Assembly (NCBI GenBank): GCA_046331705.1
Contig: JAXLQJ010000001.1
Coordinates: 1-64,000 of the forward strand
Length of the DNA: 64,000 bases
Direction of reading: 5' to 3'
Source: a bacterium
GTDB lineage: Bacteria > JADJOY01
The first letter of the stretch is position 1, and every line of letters starts with the position of its first letter. The notes below the pieces were generated by a model, which saw only the letters and a list, made by a program, of their open reading frames with translations, was not told the DNA's origin and searched no databases. The translations under genes were made by a program, and so were the position numbers. Below, piece by piece: positions 19,031 to 29,844 of this stretch.

Positions 19031-20804
19031 CGGTGGGCGTGTCGGCGAAATACTCGGGATAGAGGTGCTTGGCGCAGCTCGGGCAGATGCCGTGGCTGAA
19101 CTCGGTCTGCGAATGCTGGCTCAAGTAGGACTCGATCTGCGTCCAGTAGCCCTTGTCGTCACGAACGCGCTTGCAGGCGGAGCAGATCGGCAGCAGGCCG
19201 TGCAGCGTGCGCACCTGCGCCAAGGCTTCGGTGAGCTCGGCGATGAGCCGTTCGCGCTCGACCTCCACCGCCACCCGCTCGCTCACGTCGCGCACCGAGC
19301 CGACGACGCCGCGCACCACCGAATCGTCGAACGAGATCCGTCCAGTGCCTTCGATGTGGCGCCACGAGCCGTCCTTGTGGCGAGCGCGAAATCGCGCCGG
19401 ACGCGAGCCGGGCGCCTCGTGGGGCGCGCTCGGCCACGCCGCGACGTCGGCGGCGATCTGCGCCCGATCGTCGGGATGCACCAGATCGAAGATCGACGTC
19501 TTCTCGATGTCCTCGGGCGCGTAGCCGAGGATTCGCTCGATCTGCGGGCTGATGTAGCGAATCATGCCGTCGGGCTCGAGGATCGTGATCGCGTCCGAGA
19601 CCTGCTCGATGAGCGCGCGGAAATAGTGCTCGCGAATCGCCAGCCGCTCCTCGGCGAGCTTGCGCGCGGTCACGTCGCGCGAGTTGAGGACGATCCCGGC
19701 GACCACGGGGTCGTGGAGCAAGTTGTGGCCGACCGACTCGAGATGGAGCCATCGGCCGTCCTTGTGGCGGTGCCGGAACTCGATGACGTCGCGAGCGCCC
19801 GGCTCGGCGCTGCGCTCGGCGAAGACCGCCATCAAGCGGGGCACGTCGTCGGGATAGACGTGCTCGAACGCGGTGTGCCCGAGCAGCTCCTCGGGCTTCC
19901 ATCCCAGCACGCGCTCCACGGACGGGCTGAGGTAGCGCTGGACGCCGGCGGCGTCGATCACCACCACGATGTCCTGCGAGTTCTCGATCAGCGCGCGGTG
20001 CTGGCGGTCGCTGCGCGCCAGCTGCTCCTCCACGGCGCGGCGCGCGCTCACGTCGCGGGCGTTCACCACCACGCCGCCGACCGCGGGATCGTCGAGCAGG
20101 TTGTGGCCCGTCGCCTCGACCCAGATCCAGCGGCCGTCGCGGTGCCGCAGCCGGTACTCGATCATCAAGTGGTGGGAGGGATCGCTCACCACGCGCGCGA
20201 ACGCGGCGCGCACCCGCTCCTGGTCGTCGGGGTGGATGATGTCGAACGCGTCACGGCCCAGCCGCTCTTCCCGCGACCAGCCGGCGACGCGCTGATTGGC
20301 CGGGCTCACGTAGAGATTGCGCCCGTCGCGATCGACGACGTTGAGCATGTCCCGCGAGCTCTCGATGAGCGCGCGGTGGTGGCGCTCGCTGCGCGCCAGG
20401 TCGTCACGCAGGCGCTGCTGCTCGGTCCGATCCTGGACCGTCGCCACGAAGTAGAGCGGTCGCCCGTCGGCGTCGCGCACCAGGCTGCGGCCCAGCAACG
20501 TCCACAGCACGGCGCCGTCTTTTCGGATGTAACGTTTCTCGATCTGGTAGCGCTGGATCTCGCCCCTCAGCAGCCGTTGGGCGAGCCGGGCGTCGCCGCC
20601 GACGTCGTCGGGATGGGTGATGTCGACGACCGACTTCGCGAGCAGCTCCTCCTCGCTGTAACCGGTGACGTGACAGAGCACGGCATTCGCGCGCAGGAAG
20701 CGGAAGTCGAGGGAGATGAGCGCCATTCCCACCGGGCTCTCGTCGAACACGGTGCGGAAGAAGGCGTCCGCGGATCGATGGGTATCGCCGCTTGGATTTG
20801 TCAC
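19017..20804 (-). CDS. Multi-PAS/PAC sensor protein with a C-terminal CxxC...HGxCxxC domain
   Basis: Four PAS-PAC units (HPDD/YPDD, RHxDGxWxW-like, DVT/DVS); tail [18 protein letters not shown]...FSHGICPSC. Confidence 0.88.
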   Translation of the reverse strand: MTNPSGDTHRSADAFFRTVFDESPVGMALISLDFRFLRANAVLCHVTGYSEEELLAKSVVDITHPDDVGGDARLAQRLLRGEIQRYQIEKRYIRKDGAVLWTLLGRSLVRDADGRPLYFVATVQDRTEQQRLRDDLARSERHHRALIESSRDMLNVVDRDGRNLYVSPANQRVAGWSREERLGRDAFDIIHPDDQERVRAAFARVVSDPSHHLMIEYRLRHRDGRWIWVEATGHNLLDDPAVGGVVVNARDVSARRAVEEQLARSDRQHRALIENSQDIVVVIDAAGVQRYLSPSVERVLGWKPEELLGHTAFEHVYPDDVPRLMAVFAERSAEPGARDVIEFRHRHKDGRWLHLESVGHNLLHDPVVAGIVLNSRDVTARKLAEERLAIREHYFRALIEQVSDAITILEPDGMIRYISPQIERILGYAPEDIEKTSIFDLVHPDDRAQIAADVAAWPSAPHEAPGSRPARFRARHKDGSWRHIEGTGRISFDDSVVRGVVGSVRDVSERVAVEVERERLIAELTEALAQVRTLHGLLPICSACKRVRDDKGYWTQIESYLSQHSQTEFSHGICPSCAKHLYPEYFADTPTDELR

Positions 20805-20893
20805 GTAGAAACTCGCGACGTCGACGTCGGAACGAGCGTGTCACGCGCGGATCGAAGCGAAAAGAACCTGGGACGCCCGCTATCCTCGGGGGC

Positions 20894-21607
<714 letters not shown>

Positions 21608-21637
21608 GGAGCCCGGCGCGGTCAGCGTGAGCCAACC

Positions 21638-24037
21638 ATGATCGAGCCGCCTCGCTGGCGCTGGCTGCGCGCGCTCCGCATGATCGATCGCAAGCTGGCG
21701 CGCGACGCGTGGCGGGTGAAGACCCAGGCGCTCGCCATCGCGCTCCTGATCGGCTGCGCGGTGGCGATGGCGGTGCTGTCGTTCGCGGTGCTCGCGTCGC
21801 TCGAGCGCACCCGCGACGCGTACTACGATCGCTACCGTTTCGCGCACGTGTGGGCGTCGCTCACCCGCGCACCGCGCTCGCTCGAGGCGGCGCTGGCGGC
21901 GGTCCCGGGGGTCGCCGTCGTCGAGAGCCGCGTGGTCGCGGACGTGACCCTCGCCATCGATGGCCTCGCGGAGCCCGCGGTCGGCCGCCTGGTCTCGATC
22001 CCCGACCGCGGCGAGCCCCGTCTCGACGCGTTGCACCTTCGCGAAGGCCGTTTCCCGGCGCCCGAACGCGTGGGCGAGGTGCTCGTCAGCGAGGCCTTCG
22101 CGGGCGCGCGCCACCTGAGCCCGGGCGATCACGTGCACGCGATCCTGAACGGCCGCTTGCAGCGACTCGACATCGTCGGCATCGCGCTCTCGCCCGAGTA
22201 CGTCTATTCGCTGCCGGCGGGCGGTGTCTTTCCCGACGACGAGCGCTTCGGCGTGATGTGGATGCGGCGTGCGGGGCTGGAGGCGGCCTTCGACATGAAG
22301 GGCGCGTTCGACGACGTGAGCCTCACGCTGTTGCCGGGCGCGTCCGAGGCCGAGGTCGTCGATCGCGTCGATCGCCTGCTCGAGCCCTATGGCGGGCTGG
22401 GCGCATACGGACGCCGGGATCAGGTCTCGGCGTTCTTCGTGGCCAACGAGTTCCGACAGCTCCGCACCATGGGCACGGTGGTGCCGGCGATCTTCCTCGC
22501 TGTCGCCGCGTTCCTGGTCTCGATCGTGATGTCGCGCCTGGTCGACACCGAGCGCGAGGAGATCGCGACGCTCAAGGCGCTCGGCTACTCCAATCGCACG
22601 CTCGGCTGGCATTACGTGAAGCTGGTGCTGATCATCGTCGCCCTGGGCGCGCTGATCGGCGTCGCGCTCGGCGTGCGTCTGGGCTTCGGCATGACGCGGC
22701 TCTACGTGCGCTACTTCCACTTCCCGAGCCTCGAGTTCGTGGTGCCGCCCCAGGTGCTCGTGACCTCGATCGCGTTCGCCGCGCTCGCCTGCTTGGGCGG
22801 CGCGCTCGTCGCGGTCCGGCGCGCGGTGGAGTTGCGCCCCGCCGAGGCGATGCGCCCCAAGTCTCCGCCGGTGTTCCGACCGCTGCTCGTCGACCGGCTC
22901 GGCCTCGAACGCGTGCTCGCCCAGTCGGCGCGGATGGTGCTGCGTCATCTGGAGCGCGAGCCGTTGCGCGCCGGGCTCACCGCACTCGGCATCGCGGGAG
23001 CGATGGGGCTGCTGATCGCGGGCCAGTTCTCCCTCGACTCGTTCGACTTCATGGCCGACGTCCAGTTTCGTCTCGAGCAGCGCGAGGACGCGGCGCTCAC
23101 GTTCCGCGAGCCGCGCTCGGCGCACGCGCTGCACGCGATCGAGCGGCTGCCCGGCGTGACGAACCGCGAGCCCTACCGATCGGTGGCCGTGCGCCTGCGC
23201 GCCGCGAACCGAGCGCGGCTCACCGCCATCACGGGACTCGCCGCGGACGCCAGCCTGCATCGGGTGCTGGACGATCGGGTGCGCCCCGTGCGATTGCCGC
23301 CCGACGGGCTGGTGCTGAGCGACAAGCTGGCGCGTCTGCTCGGCGTGCGACGCGGCGAGTCGGTTCGCGTCGAGGTGCTGGAAGGCGCGCGACCGGTCCG
23401 CGAGGCGGTCGTCGCCGACGTGAGCGAGCAATTCGTCGGCACCGGCGCGTACATGGAGCTCGGCGCGCTGCACCGGCTGCTTCGCGAGGGCGAGTCGCTG
23501 AGCGGTGCCTTCCTGCAAGTGGACCCGCGCGAATCGACCCGCCTGTTCGCGACGCTCAAGCAGATGCCGTCGGTGGCGAGCGTCACGCTCAAGCAAGCGG
23601 CGCTGCGCAGCTTCCGCAAGACCATCGAGGAGAGCATGTCGGTGATGATCTCGATGAACGTGATGTTCGCCGCGATCATGGTGTTCGGCGTGGTCTACAA
23701 CAGCGCCCGGATCTCGCTCTCGGAGCGCTCCCGCGACCTCGCCAGCCTGCGCGTGCTGGGCTTCACGCGCGCCGAGATCTCGACCATTCTGCTCGGCGAG
23801 CTCGGCCTCGTCACCGTGCTGGCGCTGCCGCTCGGCTGCGGCATCGGCTGGGGGCTCGCGACGATCCTGGCGCGGATGCTCGACACCGATCTCTACCGGA
23901 TCCCGTTCGTGATCGACCGCGCCACCTACGGCCTCGCGGCGGTGGTGGTGATCGCCTCCGCGGTGGCGTCGAGCCTGGTGGTGCGCCGGCGCCTCGATCA
24001 CCTCGACCTGGTCGCCGTGCTGAAGACCCGCGAGTGA
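21638..24037 (+). CDS. ABC exporter permease (duplicated MacB/FtsX)
   Basis: Two FtsX-like halves (EREEIATLKALGY; ERSRDLASLRVLGF), each with a large periplasmic domain. Confidence 0.92.
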   Translation: MIEPPRWRWLRALRMIDRKLARDAWRVKTQALAIALLIGCAVAMAVLSFAVLASLERTRDAYYDRYRFAHVWASLTRAPRSLEAALAAVPGVAVVESRVVADVTLAIDGLAEPAVGRLVSIPDRGEPRLDALHLREGRFPAPERVGEVLVSEAFAGARHLSPGDHVHAILNGRLQRLDIVGIALSPEYVYSLPAGGVFPDDERFGVMWMRRAGLEAAFDMKGAFDDVSLTLLPGASEAEVVDRVDRLLEPYGGLGAYGRRDQVSAFFVANEFRQLRTMGTVVPAIFLAVAAFLVSIVMSRLVDTEREEIATLKALGYSNRTLGWHYVKLVLIIVALGALIGVALGVRLGFGMTRLYVRYFHFPSLEFVVPPQVLVTSIAFAALACLGGALVAVRRAVELRPAEAMRPKSPPVFRPLLVDRLGLERVLAQSARMVLRHLEREPLRAGLTALGIAGAMGLLIAGQFSLDSFDFMADVQFRLEQREDAALTFREPRSAHALHAIERLPGVTNREPYRSVAVRLRAANRARLTAITGLAADASLHRVLDDRVRPVRLPPDGLVLSDKLARLLGVRRGESVRVEVLEGARPVREAVVADVSEQFVGTGAYMELGALHRLLREGESLSGAFLQVDPRESTRLFATLKQMPSVASVTLKQAALRSFRKTIEESMSVMISMNVMFAAIMVFGVVYNSARISLSERSRDLASLRVLGFTRAEISTILLGELGLVTVLALPLGCGIGWGLATILARMLDTDLYRIPFVIDRATYGLAAVVVIASAVASSLVVRRRLDHLDLVAVLKTRE

Positions 24038-24051
24038 TCGGACGCACCGCC

Positions 24052-25251
24052 ATGACGAGCAGCAAGCGACGGGCATTGCTGGCGATCGGGATCACCGGCC
24101 TCGCCGCGGTCATCGGTTACGCGTTCGTCCCCCAACCGGCGCCGGTGGACGCCGCGAAGGTGGGTCGCGGGCCGATGCGGGTGACCGTCGACGACGAGGG
24201 CAAGACACGGGTCGTCGATCGTTTCGTGGTGCACGCGCCGATCGCGGGCCGGCTGCGGCGCGTGTCGTTGCGCGCCGGCGACCCGGTGCGCGCCCACGAG
24301 ACGGTGCTCGCGACCATCGAGCCCAGCGACCCCGCGCTGCTCGATCCGCGTTCGCGCGCCGAGGCCGAGGCGCGAGAGCGGGCGGCGGGTGCCGCGCGCG
24401 AGCGGGCCGCCGTGGAGGTGAAACGCGCGCGCACCTCGGTCGAGTACGCGCGCGTCGAGCTCGACCGGGCCCGCAAGCTCGCCGCGACCGGCGACGTCTC
24501 CCACCAGGCGCTCGACCAGGCCGAGCTCGCCGAGCGCAGCGCCAGCCAAGCGCTGAGCGCCGCCCAGTTCGCCGAGCAGGTGGCCGAGTTCGACCTCGAG
24601 ACCGCGCGCGCCACGCTGCTGCGCGCCGGCGACGTCGCGAACGGCGACGCCGGCCGCGCGATCGAGCTGCGCTCGCCGGTGGACGGGCAGGTGCTCAAGC
24701 TGCTCGAGGAGAGCGAGACGGTGGTCGCCGCGGGAACGCCGCTCGTCGAGGTAGCCGATCCGCGCTCGCTCGAGGTGGTCGTCGATCTGCTCTCGACGGA
24801 CGCGGTCCGTGTCCGCGAGGGCATGGCGGCTTGGCTCGAGGGATGGGGCGGGGAGCGGCCGCTCGCGGCACGCGTGCGGCGCGTGGAGCCCTCGGGCTTC
24901 ACGAAGATCTCGGCGCTCGGCGTCGAGGAGCAGCGCGTGAACGTGATCCTCGATCTCGCGGACGGCCCCGAGCACTGGGCGTCGCTCGGTGACGGCTTCC
25001 GGGTGGAGGCGAGGATCGTGCTCTGGGAGAGCGGCGCAGCGCTTCAGGTGCCGACCAGCGCGCTCTTCCGCGAGGGAGATCGATGGGCCGTCTACGTCGT
25101 TCGAGGCGGCCGGGCGGTGCGACGCGCGGTCACGGTGGGCAAGCAGAACGGCCTGGAGGCCGAGGTCGTGACCGGGCTCGTCGAAGGCGATACCGTGATC
25201 GTGCATCCGGGCGATCGCATCGACGACGGCGTGCGCGTGACCATTCGTTGA
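24052..25251 (+). CDS. Periplasmic adaptor / membrane-fusion protein (HlyD-like)
   Basis: N-terminal anchor, APIAGRL, coiled coil, RSPVDGQV, TKISALGVEEQRV, VPTSALF, GLVEGDTVI. Confidence 0.92.
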   Translation: MTSSKRRALLAIGITGLAAVIGYAFVPQPAPVDAAKVGRGPMRVTVDDEGKTRVVDRFVVHAPIAGRLRRVSLRAGDPVRAHETVLATIEPSDPALLDPRSRAEAEARERAAGAARERAAVEVKRARTSVEYARVELDRARKLAATGDVSHQALDQAELAERSASQALSAAQFAEQVAEFDLETARATLLRAGDVANGDAGRAIELRSPVDGQVLKLLEESETVVAAGTPLVEVADPRSLEVVVDLLSTDAVRVREGMAAWLEGWGGERPLAARVRRVEPSGFTKISALGVEEQRVNVILDLADGPEHWASLGDGFRVEARIVLWESGAALQVPTSALFREGDRWAVYVVRGGRAVRRAVTVGKQNGLEAEVVTGLVEGDTVIVHPGDRIDDGVRVTIR

Positions 25252-25294
25252 GCAAGCACGGAACGGGCCCGAGTGGCGCCCGCGAGGGAGACAC

Positions 25295-27955
25295 ATGACC
25301 ATCGGCAAGATTCTGATCGACGGTGAGCTCACCGGCGCCGCCAACGGGGCCACGTACGAGACGATCGACCCCGGCACCGGGCGGGTGATCGGCGAGGTCG
25401 CCCGCGCCGGGCGCGCCGACGCCGAGGCGGCGATCGACGCCGCGCACCGCGCCTTCGAGCGCGGCACGTGGAGCGGGCTCGCGCCCGAAGCGCGCGCCCG
25501 CATCGTCATGGAGCTGGCCGATCGCCTGCAGGTCGCGGCGCCGCGGCTCGCGATGATGGAGGCGATGGATTCGGGTGGCCTGGTGCGCCGCACCGCTTCC
25601 GACGTGTTCCAGGCGGCGCGCTTCATGCGCACGCTGGCGAGCTACGTCGCCAGGGACTACCCGTGGACGGAGGAGCTGCCCACGGGCGGCGGTTTCATCC
25701 CCAGCCGCAACTACCTGCGGCGCGAGCCGTTCGGCGTGTGCGCCGGCATCGTGCCCTGGAACTTCCCGTTCCTGATGGCGGTCTGGAAGATCGTTCCCGC
25801 GATCCTGATGGGAAACACGGTGGTGTTGAAGCCGGCGAGCGTCACGCCGCTGTCGGCGTGCCTGCTCGGCGAGATCGTCCGCGAGAGCGGCATCCCGAAC
25901 GGTGTGGTGAACGTGCTGCCCGGTCTCGGCGCCGAGGTGGGCGAGGTGCTCTGCACCCACCCGAAGGTCGCGAAGGTGGCGTTCACCGGTTCCACGGAAG
26001 TGGGCCGTCACGTGATGAAGCTCGGCTCGGCGACGGTGAAGAAGGTGACGCTCGAGCTGGGCGGGAAGTCCGCCAACATCGTCCTCGACGACGCGGACCT
26101 CGATCTGGCGATCGACGGCGCGCTCTTCGCGTGCTTCCTGCACTCGGGGCAGGTCTGCGAGTCGGGCACCCGGCTGCTCTTGCCCGCGAAGCTCCACGAC
26201 TCGTTCGTGGAGCGGCTCGCCAAGCGCGCCGGCGAGATCCCCATCGGCTACCAGCTCGACGCGCGCAGCAAGATGGGCCCGGTGGTGAGCGACAAGCAGC
26301 GCGCCACCATCGACGACTACGTGCGGATCGGGAAGGAGGGCGGCGCCGAGGTGGTGTGCGGCGGCGCGCCCGCGCAGATCGCGGGCTTCGAGGAGGGCTA
26401 CTACTACCCGCCCACGATCTTCGCCGGCGTCCGCAACGACATGCGCATCGCCCGCGAGGAGATCTTCGGACCGGTGCTTTCGGTGATCCGCTACCACGAC
26501 GTGGACGAAGCGGTGGCGATCGCCAACGACAGCGAGTACGGGCTGGGCGGCGGCATCTGGTCGCGGAACCTGGCGCGCGCCGAGTCGGTGGCGGCGCGCA
26601 TCCAGACCGGCACCACGTGGATCAACGACTTCCACGCGTTCTCGGACATGGCGCCGTTCGGCGGCTACAAGCAAAGCGGCATCGGCCGCGAGCTCGGCCA
26701 CCAGGGGCTTTCCGAGTTCGTGCAGCTCAAGCACGTGCACGTGGGCCTGAGCGCCCGGCCCGAGGACAAGATCGGTTTCCATCTGCTGCTCAAGGAGCCG
26801 AAGAGCGCCACCTTCGCGTACTCCGGGCCGACCCGCGTGTTCTCGGGTCCGCGCGCGGTGGCGCGCCTCGATCTGGAAGCGCGGGCGCTCGGCGGCAAGC
26901 GGGTGCTGCTCGTCAGCGACGCGGGCGTCATGGGCGCCGGCTTGGTCGATCGCGTGCGCGACGTGCTGGGACCGCGGATCGCCGCCACGGTCGCCGACGT
27001 GCCGCAGGACTCGGGGCTCGACGTCATCGACCGCGCCGCCGACGTGGGCCGCGCCGCGGGCTGCGACCTGATCGTGGCGCTCGGCGGCGGCAGCGTCATC
27101 GACACCGCCAAGGTCGTGGGAGTCGTGCTCAGCGAAGGCGGTCGCGCCATCGACCACGTACGCGTGGGCGGGCTCACCAAGAAGCCGCTGCCGCTCATCG
27201 CCATCCCCACCACCGCCGGCACCGGCAGCGAGGTGACGAACGCGGCGGTGGTCAAGAACGAGCGCATGGAGAGCAAGGTCTTCGTGGTCGACGAGAAGCT
27301 CTTTCCCGACGTCGCGATCCTCGACCCCGAGCTGCTGGCGACCTTGCCCAGGCGCATGACGGCGTCGACCGGCTTCGATGCCCTCACCCACGCCATCGAG
27401 GCCGCGACCAGCCGGATCTCGAACCCGATCTCGGACAGTCAGGCGCTGCACGCGATCCGGCTGATCGCGCGCTGGCTGCCGGTGTGCGTCGAGAACGGCG
27501 CGGACCTGGAGGCTCGCGGCCAGATGCAGTCGGCAGCGACCCTCGCGGGCTTCGCGGTGGCGAGCGCCCAGGTGGGCCTCGTGCACTCGATGTCCCACTC
27601 GATCGGCGCGCGCTGCGGCGTCCCGCACGGCACCGGCAACGGCATCCTCTTGCCGCACGTGATGCGCTTCAACGTGGGCGCCTGCGTCGACAAGATGGCG
27701 CGGGTGGCCGAAGCCCTCGGGGCCACGCGCGACGGGATGAGCGAGCGCGAGAAAGCCGATGCGGCCGCGGATGCCGTCGCGGCGCTCCTGGTGCGCTGTG
27801 GTCACCCCACCGGGCTTCGCGAGGTGGGTGTCACCGAGGACGTGCTCGGCGACTGCGCAAGCCTCGCGATCGTGGACATCACCGGGCTCTTCACGGCGCG
27901 GCCGGTCAAGGACCCGGGCCAGGTCGTGAGCCTCTACGAAGGCGCCATGGGCTGA
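25295..27955 (+). CDS. Fusion of an NAD(P)-dependent aldehyde dehydrogenase and an iron-containing alcohol dehydrogenase
   Basis: N-half: PWNFP, KPAS, FTGSTEVG, LELGGKS, SGQVC, EEIFGPV, PFGGYKQSG. C-half: GGGSVIDTAK, PTTAGTGSE, DALTHAIE, HSMSH, PHG. One uninterrupted ORF. Confidence 0.92.
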   Translation: MTIGKILIDGELTGAANGATYETIDPGTGRVIGEVARAGRADAEAAIDAAHRAFERGTWSGLAPEARARIVMELADRLQVAAPRLAMMEAMDSGGLVRRTASDVFQAARFMRTLASYVARDYPWTEELPTGGGFIPSRNYLRREPFGVCAGIVPWNFPFLMAVWKIVPAILMGNTVVLKPASVTPLSACLLGEIVRESGIPNGVVNVLPGLGAEVGEVLCTHPKVAKVAFTGSTEVGRHVMKLGSATVKKVTLELGGKSANIVLDDADLDLAIDGALFACFLHSGQVCESGTRLLLPAKLHDSFVERLAKRAGEIPIGYQLDARSKMGPVVSDKQRATIDDYVRIGKEGGAEVVCGGAPAQIAGFEEGYYYPPTIFAGVRNDMRIAREEIFGPVLSVIRYHDVDEAVAIANDSEYGLGGGIWSRNLARAESVAARIQTGTTWINDFHAFSDMAPFGGYKQSGIGRELGHQGLSEFVQLKHVHVGLSARPEDKIGFHLLLKEPKSATFAYSGPTRVFSGPRAVARLDLEARALGGKRVLLVSDAGVMGAGLVDRVRDVLGPRIAATVADVPQDSGLDVIDRAADVGRAAGCDLIVALGGGSVIDTAKVVGVVLSEGGRAIDHVRVGGLTKKPLPLIAIPTTAGTGSEVTNAAVVKNERMESKVFVVDEKLFPDVAILDPELLATLPRRMTASTGFDALTHAIEAATSRISNPISDSQALHAIRLIARWLPVCVENGADLEARGQMQSAATLAGFAVASAQVGLVHSMSHSIGARCGVPHGTGNGILLPHVMRFNVGACVDKMARVAEALGATRDGMSEREKADAAADAVAALLVRCGHPTGLREVGVTEDVLGDCASLAIVDITGLFTARPVKDPGQVVSLYEGAMG

Positions 27956-29844
27956 GCGTCCGGCGAGCGGCTCGCGGTGGCGAGCAGCTCGCGCACCGTG
28001 GCCACCAGGACCTGCCCGGCGAAGGGCTTCTGCAGCACGCGACACGCCGCGAGCCCCTCGCGTAGCCCGTCGAGCTGCTCGGACGCGTAGCCCGAGATCA
28101 GCACCACGGGCAGCGCGGGGAGCTTGCGGCGCAGCTCGATCGCCAGGTCGATGCCGTTCATGCGCGGCACCGCCACATCCGCGATGAGCAGGTCGATCCT
28201 TCCCCCGGCCCTCTCGAACGCCGTCACCGCGGCGTCGCCCGTCGCCGCCTCGACGACCCTCCAACCCGCGCTCTCGAGCAGCCGCGAAGCCAGCCGCCGG
28301 ATGGCGTCCTCGTCTTCCACCAGCAGGATCGTGGCGCTCGGCGGTCGCTGCCCGGAAACGCCATCCGCCGTCGCCGCAGCCGCCGGCCGCTTGTTGGCGC
28401 TCGGCAACACCAGCGCCAACGTGGTGCCGCGGCCGGGCTCGCTCGCCACGCCGACGAATCCCTGGCTCTGCTTGAGATAGCCGTACACCATCGCGAGCCC
28501 GAGCCCCGACCCCTTGGCGAGGCCCTTGGTGGTGAAGAAGGGCTCGAAGATCCGGGCCCGCGTGGCCGCATCCATCCCGATGCCGTCGTCCGCCACCTCG
28601 AGGACCACGTGATCCGGCGGATCGAAGTCCTCGCCGCAGAGCTCCACGTCGGCGGCTCGCGCGGGTCGCGTCTGGATGCGCACCCGGCCGCCTCGCGGCA
28701 ACGCGTCACGCGCGTTGACCACCAGGTTGAGCACCGCTTGCTCGAGCTGACCGCGATCGCCGAACGCCGGCGCGAGACCGACGTGCAAGCTCAAGCCGAG
28801 CTCGATGCCCTCGCCCAGCGAGCGACCGACCATGCTCGCCATCGCGGACGCCAGCTCGTTCAGGTCGATCGGCTCGCGGCGCAACCGCTGCTTGCGGCCG
28901 AACGCGAGCAATTGCTGGGTGACGGTAGCGGCGCGACGTCCGGCGCTGATCACCTGCTGTAGATCGGCCGCTTCGGGCCGTTCCGGCGAGACGCGGTTCT
29001 GCGCGAGCTCGGCGTGCCCGAGGATCACCGTGAGGATGTTGTTGAACTCGTGCGCCACGCCGCCGGCGAGCTGGCCGATGGCCTGAAGCTTCTGGGCTTG
29101 CAGCAGCTCCTCTTGCGCGCGTTCGAGATGGGTGAGGCTGGCGGCGAGCTGCTCGCCGCGCACGCGAAGGTCGCGCGTCAGCGCGCAACTCTCGAGCGCC
29201 CGCTCGAGATGCAGCCCGAGCAGCGCCAGGAAGGGCTCGTGCTCGGCGCTCAGGGTCTCGCGATGGAACGATGCGCGGCGCGCGCCACGCGCCGCCATCA
29301 CGACCCCCGCTGCTCGCCCGCCGACGGCCGCGAGCGGCACGCTCGCGAGCAGCGTTTCCGCCTCGGGCAACAACGCCGCGCCGAGCACGGCCAGCGCCTG
29401 CGGGCACGCCGGCAACGATAGGCTCGCGCCCGCGTACGCCGTACCGCGGGCGGACGACGCGAAGCCGCGAATGCGCTCCACGAGGTCCGCGCTCAGCGCC
29501 GCGCGCTCCGCGGGCACACCCGTGGCGACGACTCGTTGCTCCGAGGGATTGCCGTCCGCGCCGCGCAGCACGCAGACCGCCAGCACGGTGTCCACGTCGA
29601 ACGTGGCGCGCAGCAGCTCGACGGCGCGCTCGAGGATCGGCGCCGGCTCCTCGGCGCCGGTGATCGCGAGCGAGAGCTCGCCGAGGGCCCGGATCCGCGC
29701 CAGCTCGCGCTCGTGCTCGGCGCGAGCACGATAGAGGCGCTGCTCGGTGCGGACGAGCAGCTTGACCTGCGCGTCGAGCGCCGCGTTCTCGCGTTCGAGG
29801 CGCTCGATCTCGGCGACCGGATCGGGGGCGAGCTCAGTCGACAT
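27934..29844 (-). CDS. Hybrid sensor histidine kinase (GAF-like, HisKA, HATPase, REC)
   Basis: GVAHEFNNIL H-box, NLVVNARDA, DDGIGM, FEPFFTTK, GLGL; receiver LLVEDED...LIAD...KPF. Start overlaps the FIST stop. Confidence 0.92.
   Translation of the reverse strand: MSTELAPDPVAEIERLERENAALDAQVKLLVRTEQRLYRARAEHERELARIRALGELSLAITGAEEPAPILERAVELLRATFDVDTVLAVCVLRGADGNPSEQRVVATGVPAERAALSADLVERIRGFASSARGTAYAGASLSLPACPQALAVLGAALLPEAETLLASVPLAAVGGRAAGVVMAARGARRASFHRETLSAEHEPFLALLGLHLERALESCALTRDLRVRGEQLAASLTHLERAQEELLQAQKLQAIGQLAGGVAHEFNNILTVILGHAELAQNRVSPERPEAADLQQVISAGRRAATVTQQLLAFGRKQRLRREPIDLNELASAMASMVGRSLGEGIELGLSLHVGLAPAFGDRGQLEQAVLNLVVNARDALPRGGRVRIQTRPARAADVELCGEDFDPPDHVVLEVADDGIGMDAATRARIFEPFFTTKGLAKGSGLGLAMVYGYLKQSQGFVGVASEPGRGTTLALVLPSANKRPAAAATADGVSGQRPPSATILLVEDEDAIRRLASRLLESAGWRVVEAATGDAAVTAFERAGGRIDLLIADVAVPRMNGIDLAIELRRKLPALPVVLISGYASEQLDGLREGLAACRVLQKPFAGQVLVATVRELLATASRSPDAQPMAPS

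Noticed and set aside
25295-27955. adhE
   Set aside because: The ALDH half carries non-acylating ALDH motifs, so the symbol is withheld.
25130-28264. Very long antisense or alternate-frame ORFs (e.g. 25130-28264, 21203-24076, 42563-45472, 51627-54068)
   Set aside because: Arg/Ala/Gly-rich shadow frames of genuine genes, expected at this GC content; no motifs.
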